From Akkermansia muciniphila (GTDB taxonomy: Bacteria > Verrucomicrobiota > Verrucomicrobiia > Verrucomicrobiales > Akkermansiaceae): DNA of 61,990 nucleotides. The stretch lies in the NCBI GenBank assembly GCA_945862285.1, contig CAMAYN010000001.1:1-61990 (forward strand). Reading direction: 5' to 3'. Shown here in pieces: positions 32,296 to 42,044 of the stretch. Made by a program: the position numbers and the translations under genes. Below the pieces are notes generated by a model. That model saw only the letters and a list, made by a program, of their open reading frames with translations, was not told where the DNA came from and did not search any database. Position 1 is the stretch's first letter; every line of letters starts with the position of its first letter.

Positions 32296-34926
32296 TCACC
32301 AAGTGCGACGCAAGCGGAAAAATTGTTGCCGCAAAAGCGGTGAAGGAAAAGTGATTTGCCAGAAGTCGCCAATATCAATCATTTCATGATGCAGTGGCAG
32401 CCATGGCGGCGCGAGCGTGGAGGATGTTTCAGGGAACCAATCTGCCTTGGGCCAGGTCAATGACATCATCGCTCCAATCTGTGTGAGTTGGATTTGGGGA
32501 GGTGATTCCTTGACATCGGGAATGAGATTCGCATTCCGATCAAGGCTACGCCACGCGACTTCATGGGTAAAAACTCCAGCAAACGTCATTACGTCTTCGG
32601 CTTGAATTAGTGCCAATAGTTCAGTTCGACTGTAGGACGATTCCTCATCCTCAACGAAATAGCGCGAGAGTGTGGTATCCCAGCGGAAACGTCGTAACGT
32701 GTTGGCGATGCTTCCCCAAGCGACGAGACCGTTAGAGGAAGAGTTAGCACGGGCTTCTAGGGTGGCTAGTTGACTAAGCTGGCTAGCGTGGTTTTTGTTA
32801 GCCGCAGTGATTGTGAGATCGTAGCAGGCGGTAGGCGCCGTGCCAGTATCGAAGGATAAGATAAATGCAGTGAGATGGTTCAGAGCCGTTTGATCTACTG
32901 GATCTTGGTTGATCGTAGAGAGAAAGTAGGGATGGACGATGGGCATGGCATGTCCCGTGCCGTCCGAGCCGAGGCCAAAGCCAGATATGGAGGAAGTTCC
33001 GGGACTAGGATGAAATAGGCCAAAGCGCTGGTACACGGTGCGCAGGGAGGGGTTTTTCATCGGCTGTGATACTTCAACTAGTTCTGGATCATCGATGTTT
33101 TGATTCGTGCCGCTGGGAAGCCCATGACAAACAACACAGTGACTATTGCCGTGATCGAGAAAAACGCCTTTGCCTACTGCTGCATTTCCCTGAGGGAGAT
33201 TTGTGCGAAGTGAGCCGTCGAGAGCTAGGTTCGGGTTGGGCGAGTGGACGATGGAACGCAGGTATTCATTCATGCGGTTCATGGTAGCGGCCGATTGCAG
33301 ATTCCCCCCCATGAGATCGCGAAAGGTAAAATTGAACGATTGGATGGATGGTTTGTCACCACGCCAGTGAAATTTGGTAACAATAGCAGCGGCTGGTTGG
33401 GTTCTTCCGTCTGTAGGGTCGATGGGCCCGGCTTCGTTGGTGTTTAGACCGCGCAGTGTTTGCGTAGTAAGTGGCCCTTTCATCGGATGCAGAGATTGTG
33501 TATAGAGAGAAAAATCATGGGCAGATAGACCAGCACTAGTGACGGAAATCATGTTGCCGCCGGGATCACCAAGATCCCATGCTAAACCATCGCGATCTGC
33601 ATCGATGTGACAAGAAGCGCATGAAATAGTGCCATTTCCCGAGAGGCGCGCATCATAGAGTGCGCCTCGTCCAGCGCGAATGTTGGCAGGCATGGGATCG
33701 ATGGTGCCCAGTGGAATTTCTGAGAGAATCGTTCCATTACTGGGACGAATGGTCGTGAGAGTATCGGAAATTTTATTAACGACATAAATTCGATCGTTGC
33801 CTAACACAATTCCGCGCGGGCCACGCATGGCATCACTGGCGGTGCCTTCGGGACGTAGATCAATGCGGCGAATGATAGCACCCGTATCCAAATGGACTTC
33901 TGCAATGCGATCTGAAGAAAATGCGGCAATCCATGCTGAACTTCCATTGCTTGAGAAGGTAAATGCCATCGGGGCAGCAAGGGCTTTCGCGATACTTGGT
34001 GAATGCGGAGATGTCGCCCGAAGAATTCCTGGATTGAGATCGTGATGGACGATAGTATTCGATGTTAGCGCGACTTTGCTGAGTCGATGTTTGATAAACT
34101 CGCCCTTGAGCTCAGGTTCAAAGCGGATGAGGTTATTCGAGTCGGAGTTGCCGCACCACAACGAGCCATCCGGATGCATGGCGAGCGAAAATAAGTTTGT
34201 GCCCACATCGCTAATCCATCGGGATATTGTATGGTTGCTGGTGTTAATTTCTGCGATGTCTTGATCAAGCACATTCCAAGTCACGCGACTATCATTGGTT
34301 GGCACAATGACTCCCACCCGTGGAGGTGCTGGCAATAATGGGTTAGTAGGAGCAGGCTGAGCGGGGGCACTCAAGTGGTGAAGTATGGTTGTTCGATTTC
34401 CTGAATAAAGACAGGCCACGAAAACTTTTGTGCCGTCTGGACTAGCAGTCATGGCTCGCGGGGCTACGCCATTGATGGGGATTTGCCCAAGAGGCATGCG
34501 CGTTACGGCATCAAAAATGCTGATGACACGAGCTTGTGCAGAGCTAACGAATGCTTTGCCATTGGCAAAAACCACATCTGCTGGCTCATCTGCCACTCGC
34601 AGGGTGTCGATGATGACCCCCTGTGCGAGCGACAGGATTGAAACAGAGTCTGACCCTTCGTTGACAACCCAAACTTCGTCATTTGTGCGGGCTTTCACTG
34701 TTACGGGCGCTGTGGCAAGGGAAATTTCCCTCGTTAGGAGCGGAATCGAGCGAGGCGGATTCCCTACATCAAAGACACTCAAGCTATGCGCGGTGGAATG
34801 CAATGCGAGCAACTTCATCCCATCTGGCGTTAGCGCGACGGGATTCTGCTGCCTAGGCTCCAAATGGGTGTAGCCCCATGCGTATGCCGTAGCGATAAGA
34901 GATAAAATGTAGATGATGAATTTCAT
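32296..34926 (-). CDS. Beta-propeller (YVTN/YncE-like) fused to a di-haem cytochrome c peroxidase (CCP/MauG-family) domain plus an unknown C-terminal region
   Basis: Signal peptide MKFIIYILSLIATAYA (ATG 34926). Propeller repeats (DEVWVVNEGSDSVSILSL, PRAMTASPDGTKVFVA). Two CxxCH motifs in CCP context (YDARLSGNGTISCASCHIDADRDGLAWDLG; GNSHCVVCHG; KNPSLRTV). Ends QQFFRLRRTW. Confidence 0.8.
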   Translation of the reverse strand: MKFIIYILSLIATAYAWGYTHLEPRQQNPVALTPDGMKLLALHSTAHSLSVFDVGNPPRSIPLLTREISLATAPVTVKARTNDEVWVVNEGSDSVSILSLAQGVIIDTLRVADEPADVVFANGKAFVSSAQARVISIFDAVTRMPLGQIPINGVAPRAMTASPDGTKVFVACLYSGNRTTILHHLSAPAQPAPTNPLLPAPPRVGVIVPTNDSRVTWNVLDQDIAEINTSNHTISRWISDVGTNLFSLAMHPDGSLWCGNSDSNNLIRFEPELKGEFIKHRLSKVALTSNTIVHHDLNPGILRATSPHSPSIAKALAAPMAFTFSSNGSSAWIAAFSSDRIAEVHLDTGAIIRRIDLRPEGTASDAMRGPRGIVLGNDRIYVVNKISDTLTTIRPSNGTILSEIPLGTIDPMPANIRAGRGALYDARLSGNGTISCASCHIDADRDGLAWDLGDPGGNMISVTSAGLSAHDFSLYTQSLHPMKGPLTTQTLRGLNTNEAGPIDPTDGRTQPAAAIVTKFHWRGDKPSIQSFNFTFRDLMGGNLQSAATMNRMNEYLRSIVHSPNPNLALDGSLRTNLPQGNAAVGKGVFLDHGNSHCVVCHGLPSGTNQNIDDPELVEVSQPMKNPSLRTVYQRFGLFHPSPGTSSISGFGLGSDGTGHAMPIVHPYFLSTINQDPVDQTALNHLTAFILSFDTGTAPTACYDLTITAANKNHASQLSQLATLEARANSSSNGLVAWGSIANTLRRFRWDTTLSRYFVEDEESSYSRTELLALIQAEDVMTFAGVFTHEVAWRSLDRNANLIPDVKESPPQIQLTQIGAMMSLTWPKADWFPETSSTLAPPWLPLHHEMIDIGDFWQITFPSPLLRQQFFRLRRTW

Positions 34927-34950
34927 GGAATTGCCGATCATCAGGCAGAT

Positions 34951-35742
34951 TCAGCACTCTAGCACACGACGGCGACGGCGCAATGTGTAGAGCAAAGCAC
35001 CTCCCATAGAAAGCAACGCTGTACTTGGTTCAGGAACGGTAATGCCAATATTGAAGCCTTTATTGCCCGTTGCGAGACTGGAATCACCGATGTTGCCAAA
35101 AACCACAGTGTAGGAGCCAGCATCGAGCAAGCGTGTTTCTGAAAGACTTGATCCACTACTATTGCTGCCGTTGGTCACAAAGCCGAGAGATGTGATGTTT
35201 TTATCCCATCCGCTGTTGAGAGACATGTTTGTTCCATCGTTGTTGTATGTGTGTGCATTTCCCCAAGTGTGATTCAGCGATTCACCAGCAAAAACAACAA
35301 AGCCGGGGCGCCCGTCGATGCTTTCATTTAATGGCGAAGTGGTAGGATTATCCCACGGAGTCATATCAAACGTCACATAGCTGGCCGCACTTAGCTCAAG
35401 CAGATACCATCTTGAAGTATGCCCCCAGCCTTGAGCGGTTCCTCCTGTTGTGTGGGTATTGCTGACATTCGAGTAGCTCCATCCCCCAGCAGTTATGGTA
35501 GTTGTGTATGTGGCGGAATCAGCATTGGTAAATGATACTTTGGCGAGATAGCCAAAGCGCGCGGTACCAGGTGTGCCATCGTTGACAGTGGTGGGATTCG
35601 CGCCATCCGTATCAACAGCGAGCGGATTGGTGTAACCAGACTTGGTCACGCCATCGAGCGTAAGAAATGTGTTAGTAATGGTAACTGCACCGTGGCTCAA
35701 GGAGCTTGATGCGATTAATGCGAGGATGTGTGTGTATTTCAT
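34951..35742 (-). CDS. PEP-CTERM-anchored secreted protein
   Basis: Signal peptide MKYTHILALIASSSLSHG. C-terminal VPEPSTALLSMGGALLYTLRRRRR is the PEP motif plus TM plus Arg cluster. Confidence 0.8.
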   Translation of the reverse strand: MKYTHILALIASSSLSHGAVTITNTFLTLDGVTKSGYTNPLAVDTDGANPTTVNDGTPGTARFGYLAKVSFTNADSATYTTTITAGGWSYSNVSNTHTTGGTAQGWGHTSRWYLLELSAASYVTFDMTPWDNPTTSPLNESIDGRPGFVVFAGESLNHTWGNAHTYNNDGTNMSLNSGWDKNITSLGFVTNGSNSSGSSLSETRLLDAGSYTVVFGNIGDSSLATGNKGFNIGITVPEPSTALLSMGGALLYTLRRRRRVLEC

Positions 35743-35772
35743 ATATTACTGTATTGTTTGTTGTTTCTCGTT

Positions 35773-38256
35773 TCACCAAGTGCGATGAAGGCGAAAAAAT
35801 TGTCGTGCTGGTTTTTCGGGATGATTTTGATAGATCTGCCAGTCAGAAAATGATGAAGAGCATTCGATAAACCAATCAAGATGGTGACTTTCTTTGACTG
35901 GGGAGAGCCATTCATCGATCTCCAATCGTGGTGGTGGAGTGTCTCGATTAAGAACACCATCTCCATTGCGGTCGATGGAGAATCGTTTGCCATTCCCCAA
36001 AGGCACTGCGAGAATGCGCAAGGAAGTGGATCTTTCCTCCAACTGCGCAGGGCTCAGCGCAGATGCATCGAGCGAATCAGGATGATACGTATTCGTAGCT
36101 GGGTGGTATAGAAAGCTAGTTGCCACGCCTTGAATCACGGCATGGGCTACTACATCACAGTGGCCAGCTTGTGCTTGTTGCTGATGAACAGATGAGAGCA
36201 TAGCCGAAACCTTACCAACAATCGGTTTGGTATCCGTCTCTGTACAAAGGAGAAATGCCATGACATCCGCTTCAGCATGGGGAATGGTAGAAAAGACATC
36301 TTGCCCGTATTCATGACCGCGTGGAATGTCATGCCCCGTGCCATCATGGGTGAATCCGTAGCCACTCAGTGTAGTGGCTTGCCAAGGAGTAAAGTGGATC
36401 TTTTTATAAACATGCTCCAAGGTTGAATTTTTAACTGGCTGCCGTGTGAGAACTGCGGAAAAATCGTCGAGTATGTGATTTGTTCCCCGCGCCCCTTCGT
36501 GACATACTGAGCAGACTTGTGCATCGTGAAAATGGCTCTGACCTCTCCGCGGATTCGCGCCAGCAAGTGTGATGGGGAGTGTGTTGTCGATCAATCTGTT
36601 AGGATTGGGGTGATTGCGCAGGGATTCAATGTAGGCGACGACTTTATCCATGTCAGCAGCGGGTAGTTCGCTACCTGCTTGGAGTTTTGCGAAGCTGGAA
36701 TTAAAGCCTTTGATGGTGGCAATGTCACCACGCCAATGGAATGGGCCCGAATTTTTGATGCCGCGTAGTGGCTGGGTAACCATCGGGCCTTTCATGGGAT
36801 GCATGATGCGATTGACCGCTTGTGGTTCTCCGATAGCGATGCCGAAGCCGGTGATGCTGCTCATTCGACCTACAGGATCTCCTAGATCCCATGCAATCCC
36901 ATCAATGTCGGCATCTAAGTGGCATGACCCACAGGCCACTGTGCCATTTCCAGAAAGTCTGGCATCAAAGAAAAATCCTCTGCCTTGTTGTTGGGCGATG
37001 GAAATGGGTTGATGACTAGACCATGGGAATTCCGCTATGACATGGTGCATCTTACCATGGATCAAGGAAATCGTTTGTGAGAGCTTGTTGTAGATCAATA
37101 GGTGTCCCGTCTGCGGATGAATACTGATGCCTCTCGGACCGCGCATTTGTGTAGGAAATGTGCTACGGAGATCAATGCGGGTGGTGATTTTTCCGAAGGA
37201 ATCGATGCGGGCGATGCGATCGGAGGCAAAAGCTGCAAGCCATGCGCCTTCTTCATCCGCCTGTACGGACATCGGTTGCGCGAGTGATAAGGATTTGTTT
37301 TCCTGCGATAATTGTGCCGCCGTAGCATGGGGATTTAAATTCCAAATTTCTGTGCCTTCTTCCGTCATGCGAGCGATTCGACTTTCCGAAAAAATTCCAT
37401 TTAAATTCGGTTCGAAGCGGATGAGGTTCTTTGCCTCTGCGGCTCCCACCCATAAGCTACCGTTCGCACCGCACGAGAGACTGAAAATGTTCGTTCCGAT
37501 ATTCTCTGTGTAACTGACAATTTGCTGAGTCTCTACGTTGATGTGGGCTATGTCGTGATCAATGACATCGTACGGAATCTGCGGATCAGAATCAGGCACC
37601 AGCAGTGCCACCTGTGGTGGTGGCGGAAGATCAGCGAGCCACGGCGCGGGTTGGGCGGGAGCTTGGCGGAAATGCAGCGCCGTGGTGTTATTGCCGGACA
37701 AAAGAACTGCTGCATGGATCATGGATTCATTGGCAGATACAGCCAGAGAGCGCGGAAAATTCCCTGCCACCGGGATCGAGCCAAGAGCTGCTCGCGTTGC
37801 TACATCATAAACGCGAATGCAATTTTGGCGTGCGCAACTGACAAAGGCCATTCCTTTTGCAAAAACGACATCCGCTGGCTCATCATCTACAGCGATGGTT
37901 TCAATGACCTGAAGTTTTGTTAGATCGATGATGCTAATCGAGTCGGAAACCTCATTTACCACCCATGCTTCACGATCATTTACGGCGCGGACGGTCACAG
38001 GTTCGATCCCCACGGGGATTTCTGCAATCAATGTAGGAACATTGTGTGGAGATACCGAATGGAAAACGGACAAGCGCCCCTCGGGGGTGTTGACAGCAAG
38101 CAAGCGATGCCCCGATGGAGTATGGTCGAGAGGATGACATAATCTACCTTCAAAGTGCGTAAAATCTTCACCCCAACACATCAATACAGAACAACACATG
38201 GCCGCAAGGGCTAGTGCATTTACTCTAATGAAAAATTGATTTCGGAGTATTGTCAT
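35773..38256 (-). CDS. Paralogous beta-propeller / di-haem cytochrome c peroxidase fusion
   Basis: Same architecture as 32296..34926 (FDARLSGNGTVACGSCHLDADIDGIAWDLGDP; AQVCSVCHEG; KNSTLEHV). Signal peptide begins at the internal ATG 38256 (MTILRNQFFIRVNALALAAMCCSVLMCWG). Ends RQFFRLHRTW. Confidence 0.8.
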   Translation of the reverse strand: MTILRNQFFIRVNALALAAMCCSVLMCWGEDFTHFEGRLCHPLDHTPSGHRLLAVNTPEGRLSVFHSVSPHNVPTLIAEIPVGIEPVTVRAVNDREAWVVNEVSDSISIIDLTKLQVIETIAVDDEPADVVFAKGMAFVSCARQNCIRVYDVATRAALGSIPVAGNFPRSLAVSANESMIHAAVLLSGNNTTALHFRQAPAQPAPWLADLPPPPQVALLVPDSDPQIPYDVIDHDIAHINVETQQIVSYTENIGTNIFSLSCGANGSLWVGAAEAKNLIRFEPNLNGIFSESRIARMTEEGTEIWNLNPHATAAQLSQENKSLSLAQPMSVQADEEGAWLAAFASDRIARIDSFGKITTRIDLRSTFPTQMRGPRGISIHPQTGHLLIYNKLSQTISLIHGKMHHVIAEFPWSSHQPISIAQQQGRGFFFDARLSGNGTVACGSCHLDADIDGIAWDLGDPVGRMSSITGFGIAIGEPQAVNRIMHPMKGPMVTQPLRGIKNSGPFHWRGDIATIKGFNSSFAKLQAGSELPAADMDKVVAYIESLRNHPNPNRLIDNTLPITLAGANPRRGQSHFHDAQVCSVCHEGARGTNHILDDFSAVLTRQPVKNSTLEHVYKKIHFTPWQATTLSGYGFTHDGTGHDIPRGHEYGQDVFSTIPHAEADVMAFLLCTETDTKPIVGKVSAMLSSVHQQQAQAGHCDVVAHAVIQGVATSFLYHPATNTYHPDSLDASALSPAQLEERSTSLRILAVPLGNGKRFSIDRNGDGVLNRDTPPPRLEIDEWLSPVKESHHLDWFIECSSSFSDWQIYQNHPEKPARQFFRLHRTW

Positions 38257-38363
38257 CGGGACATATCGAATCGGACAGCCATTACTATAGCGCGTAACAA
38301 CGATTCGGGAATGTGGCAAAATGCCGCACGTAGGGACTCTGGAAACACTTGTCCTAGGCTCGA

Positions 38364-39641
38364 TTGTTGTTCATCTTCGCGCCGATGTTTCACCAATCTC
38401 TACCCCACCGGCAATCCGTCAGCATTCGCTGGATTATCCGTATGCGATGGCTCGCGGTGCTTGGGCAATTTGTTGCGGCAGTAGTAGCGTTTTTTCTCTA
38501 CGATGTAAAAGTTCCGTGGTGGCCCATCTCCGCTGTGCTCGCTATGACAGTGGTATCCAATCTCCTTTTTCCCCATCGACCGAAACTCGTTTTACGTGGT
38601 TGGAGTTTATGGCTGGATGTCATTTTACTTACCGTCTTGATTTATTTTACTGGCGGGCCTCACAATCCTTTTACTTCGTTTTATCTGCTACATATCGCGC
38701 TTGCGGCGATGACTTTGTCGGCACGAAATTTATGGTGTCTGGTGGCCGCATGCATCGCGGGCTATAGTTTTTTATTTTTCAATCATCGGCCTGTGATTCT
38801 GGGCGATATGGAAATTAGTAGTGGCTGTGAAAGTTATAGTTGGCATTTACAAGGCATGCTCATCGCCTTCATTGTGACGGCCTGCTTCATCGCGGCATTT
38901 GTCGCAAGGATGCATCGGATTTTGTTAGAGCAAGATGCAGAGCTAGAGTCGGCACGCATTGAGGTGGAAAAAAATGCTCATTTTGCCTCTTTGGTGACGC
39001 TTTCCGCAGGTGTAGCACACGAACTCGGATCGCCATTAGCCACCATCTCGCTCGCGAGTTCAGAGTTATTACGATCTGCCACACCAGAAGTCATCGACGA
39101 TGCACAACTCATCCACTCGCAGGCACAACGCTGCCGCACGATACTCGATCAACTCAACGAGAGGAATACCTTCGGCATTGGCGATCCTTGTGTTGCAATT
39201 ACTGGTGAGACTTTAGAAAAAGCCGTTAGAGAAAAAGCTTCCCCCGATGTTCTTTCACGTCTGAAAGTGAAAATCCTCAAAAATCATCCCTGTAGCTTAC
39301 CAGTAGAATCCATCGTGCAGGCCATGATTATTTTACTCGAAAATGCCGTGCAGGCTGACCAAAGCGATGTCGCTGTGGAATGGCAAATCACTACCAGCGA
39401 AAATGGATGTGTGGTCGAAGTGATCGATGCTGGACCTGCATTGGACACCGCGATTTTACAAAGAGCCAGTGATCCCTTTTTCACCACCAAAGCACCAGGA
39501 GAAGGCATGGGGTTGGGGTTGTTTCTGGTGCAATGCCTCGCGCAACGATTGCGTGGCAAATTTGAAATCACCCGCTCGGCTTCGGGGCGCACCCATGCGC
39601 GATTGCTTCTTCAATCACCTCCATCTACGCATGCACCATGA
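38364..39641 (+). CDS. regB: RegB/PrrB-type redox-sensing histidine kinase
   Basis: Multi-TM N-terminus with the GGxxNPF motif (TGGPHNPFTSFYL). H-box AHELGSPLATISL. Cys box AQRCRTILDQL. HATPase G-box GEGMGLGLF. The start could lie a few codons downstream. Confidence 0.75.
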   Translation: MLFIFAPMFHQSLPHRQSVSIRWIIRMRWLAVLGQFVAAVVAFFLYDVKVPWWPISAVLAMTVVSNLLFPHRPKLVLRGWSLWLDVILLTVLIYFTGGPHNPFTSFYLLHIALAAMTLSARNLWCLVAACIAGYSFLFFNHRPVILGDMEISSGCESYSWHLQGMLIAFIVTACFIAAFVARMHRILLEQDAELESARIEVEKNAHFASLVTLSAGVAHELGSPLATISLASSELLRSATPEVIDDAQLIHSQAQRCRTILDQLNERNTFGIGDPCVAITGETLEKAVREKASPDVLSRLKVKILKNHPCSLPVESIVQAMIILLENAVQADQSDVAVEWQITTSENGCVVEVIDAGPALDTAILQRASDPFFTTKAPGEGMGLGLFLVQCLAQRLRGKFEITRSASGRTHARLLLQSPPSTHAP

Positions 39642-40162
39642 ATATTTTACTCGCCGATGATGATGAAGCCTATCGACTGCGCCTCGCCCGCGCACTCCAG
39701 GCGCGTGGTCATGTGGTCGTCAGTGCGCGCGATGGCGCAGAAGCGCTCCAGTTCAGCAATGACCCTGCGATTGAGGTGGCGATTCTTGATTTAAAAATGC
39801 CGCATCATAGTGGCATCGATGTTTTGCGTTCCATCATGCAATCGCGGCCAGAGATGCGCGTGCTCATCCACACAGGCTACGGCAGCATTGCTTCGGCCAT
39901 GGAAGCGGTGCGGCTTGGAGCCATCGACTACCGCATCAAACCGACTGACGTCGATGCGCTACTCGCCGCTTTTGAGACCGATGGGTCGGAGGCGGAATCG
40001 GAATCACCGCTCGTAGCACCGAGCTTGGAGCGGGTCGAATGGGAACACATCCAGCGGGTGATGGCGGATTGCCAAGGAAACATCAGCGAAGCGGCACGTG
40101 TGCTTGGGTTGCATCGTCGGTCTTTGCAAAGAAAGCTACAAAAATACCCCCCGCTGCGCTGA
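39638..40162 (+). CDS. regA: RegA/PrrA/ActR-type response regulator (REC plus short Fis-type HTH)
   Basis: REC domain (ILLADDDE..., ILDLKMP). C-terminal GNISEAARVLGLHRRSLQRKLQK. ATGA overlap with the kinase gene at 39638..39641. Confidence 0.8.
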   Translation: MNILLADDDEAYRLRLARALQARGHVVVSARDGAEALQFSNDPAIEVAILDLKMPHHSGIDVLRSIMQSRPEMRVLIHTGYGSIASAMEAVRLGAIDYRIKPTDVDALLAAFETDGSEAESESPLVAPSLERVEWEHIQRVMADCQGNISEAARVLGLHRRSLQRKLQKYPPLR

Positions 40163-40213
40163 AGATTTTTACATAGGCTCGCAAATCAAAAAGTGAAAAT
40201 CCCCATCCTTTTC

Positions 40214-41617
40214 TCAGCTACGCTCGACAGCTTGTGCTACTTGTAGCAACAGGGCTTCTTGCATGTGCGGGGTGATGATTTGTAGGCCGATGGGAAGCGG
40301 CGATGTAGGCAATGGCACGGAAATCGCGGGCAGTCCAGCGAGGTTCACAGGGATGGTGCAAACATCCGCCATGTAATCTTCTAACGGATTCGTGCAGCCA
40401 CCGATGAGGCGAGCGGGTGTTGGTGCCACAGGAGATAGGAGGGCATCAACTTTTTCAAAAGCTTGATCAAAGTCGCGACGGATCAGAGTGCGGACTTTTT
40501 GCGCCTTGGTGTAGTAGGCATCGTAGTAGCCAGAGGAAAGCACGTAGGTTCCTAAAATGATCCGCCGTTTAACTTCTGGGCCAAAACCTTCTTCGCGGGA
40601 GCGTTCGTAGAGGGATAAAATATCGGCAGGCGCGGATGCGCGATGACCGTAGCGTATGCCGTCGAAACGCGATAAATTCGATGATGCTTCAGCGGGTGCG
40701 ATGATGTAATAAGTAGCAACGGCGTAAGAGGTGTGTGGCAGAGAAACATCGATGATTTCGGCACCTTGATTCGCAAGTTGATCGATGGCTTTTTGCACAG
40801 CGGCGCGGACGGCGGGGTCGAGACCATCGGAGAAATATTCTTTCGGCAAGCCGAGTCGCAGGCCTTTGACACCTTTTTGTAAGTTGGCAGAAAAATCGGG
40901 CACAGCTACGGGAAGGGAAGTCGAATCTTGTGGGTCATGCCCAGCGATGGCTTGAAGCACCAGTGCGGCATCGGCAACTGAGCGCGTCATCGGACCGATT
41001 TGGTCAAGCGAAGAAGCGAAGGCGACGAGACCATAGCGGGAAACGCGCCCGTAGGATGGCTTTAAGCCAACGATGCCACAATGCGAGGCGGGTTGGCGAA
41101 TGGAGCCGCCGGTATCGGAACCAAGGGCAGCGGGGACGAAGTTTGCGGCAACGGCGGCGGCAGAGCCACCGGAAGAACCACCGGGGATGTGGTCAGGCGC
41201 TACGGGGTTGATGGTGCGGCGTAGGGCGGAATTTTCGGTAGAAGATCCCATGGCGAACTCGTCCATATTGGTACGGCCAAAGCAGATGGCACCAGCGGCA
41301 CGGAGTTTTTTAGTAACGCCAGCGTCATAGGGGGAAATGTATTTATTTTCTAACATTTTCGAGCCGCACGTACAAGGCTGGCCTAGAACGTTGATGTTGT
41401 CTTTGATCCCGATGGGCAGTCCACCTAAGGGTTGGGTGATGTCAGCATCGCGGGCGGCGGCGAGAATGGCTTCGGCATCAAGGGACAGAAAAGCCCCGAA
41501 GGAGGTGTCTTGTTGGGCGACGGCGGCGAGGCAGGATTCTGCGATATCGAGCGCGGAGAACTCGCCTTGTGTTAGACCGGCGCGGAGTTCAGTGAGTGTT
41601 TGCGTGTGAAGAGACAT
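40214..41617 (-). CDS. gatA: Glu-tRNA(Gln)/Asp-tRNA(Asn) amidotransferase subunit A
   Basis: Amidase signature GGSSGGSAAAVAA...GSDTGGSIRQPAS. 467 aa. Immediately downstream of gatC. Confidence 0.95.
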   Translation of the reverse strand: MSLHTQTLTELRAGLTQGEFSALDIAESCLAAVAQQDTSFGAFLSLDAEAILAAARDADITQPLGGLPIGIKDNINVLGQPCTCGSKMLENKYISPYDAGVTKKLRAAGAICFGRTNMDEFAMGSSTENSALRRTINPVAPDHIPGGSSGGSAAAVAANFVPAALGSDTGGSIRQPASHCGIVGLKPSYGRVSRYGLVAFASSLDQIGPMTRSVADAALVLQAIAGHDPQDSTSLPVAVPDFSANLQKGVKGLRLGLPKEYFSDGLDPAVRAAVQKAIDQLANQGAEIIDVSLPHTSYAVATYYIIAPAEASSNLSRFDGIRYGHRASAPADILSLYERSREEGFGPEVKRRIILGTYVLSSGYYDAYYTKAQKVRTLIRRDFDQAFEKVDALLSPVAPTPARLIGGCTNPLEDYMADVCTIPVNLAGLPAISVPLPTSPLPIGLQIITPHMQEALLLQVAQAVERS

Positions 41618-41656
41618 GGTGGGCAGGCTTGGTGAGGATGCGAAATGGAGAACGGA

Positions 41657-41950
41657 TTAGGCATCGGCGATCACTTTAGGAACGCGGATTTGTTGCTGAG
41701 CGTGGTCTGGGGCATTTTGGATCAAAGCTGATGCGGGCAAACTCGTGCCTGGTGTATCATCGCGCATCGGAGCAGAGACGGTCATAGCATTTGCCGTGGG
41801 TTCGATCCCACTGACATCGAGTGCGGAAAGTTCTTCCATATAGCCAAGGATCTCATCGAGTTGCTGGGTGTAAGAGAAGACTTCTTCCTCAGATAATTCA
41901 AGGCGAGCAAGTCGGGCAATGCGGTGGACATCGATGTGCGGCTGAGACAT
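41657..41950 (-). CDS. gatC: Glu-tRNA(Gln) amidotransferase subunit C
   Basis: Starts at the internal ATG 41950 (MSQPHIDVHRIARLARLELSEEEV...). About 97 aa, typical GatC length and motif. Sits upstream of gatA. Confidence 0.85.
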   Translation of the reverse strand: MSQPHIDVHRIARLARLELSEEEVFSYTQQLDEILGYMEELSALDVSGIEPTANAMTVSAPMRDDTPGTSLPASALIQNAPDHAQQQIRVPKVIADA

Positions 41951-42044
41951 GCGAGGACAGTAGAAGGGCAGGGGAGTCCTGCCAAGCATTTTGATCAACA
42001 AGTGTTGTTAGTATTCTTGAAAAGTCAATGATTGCCCAAATGTA

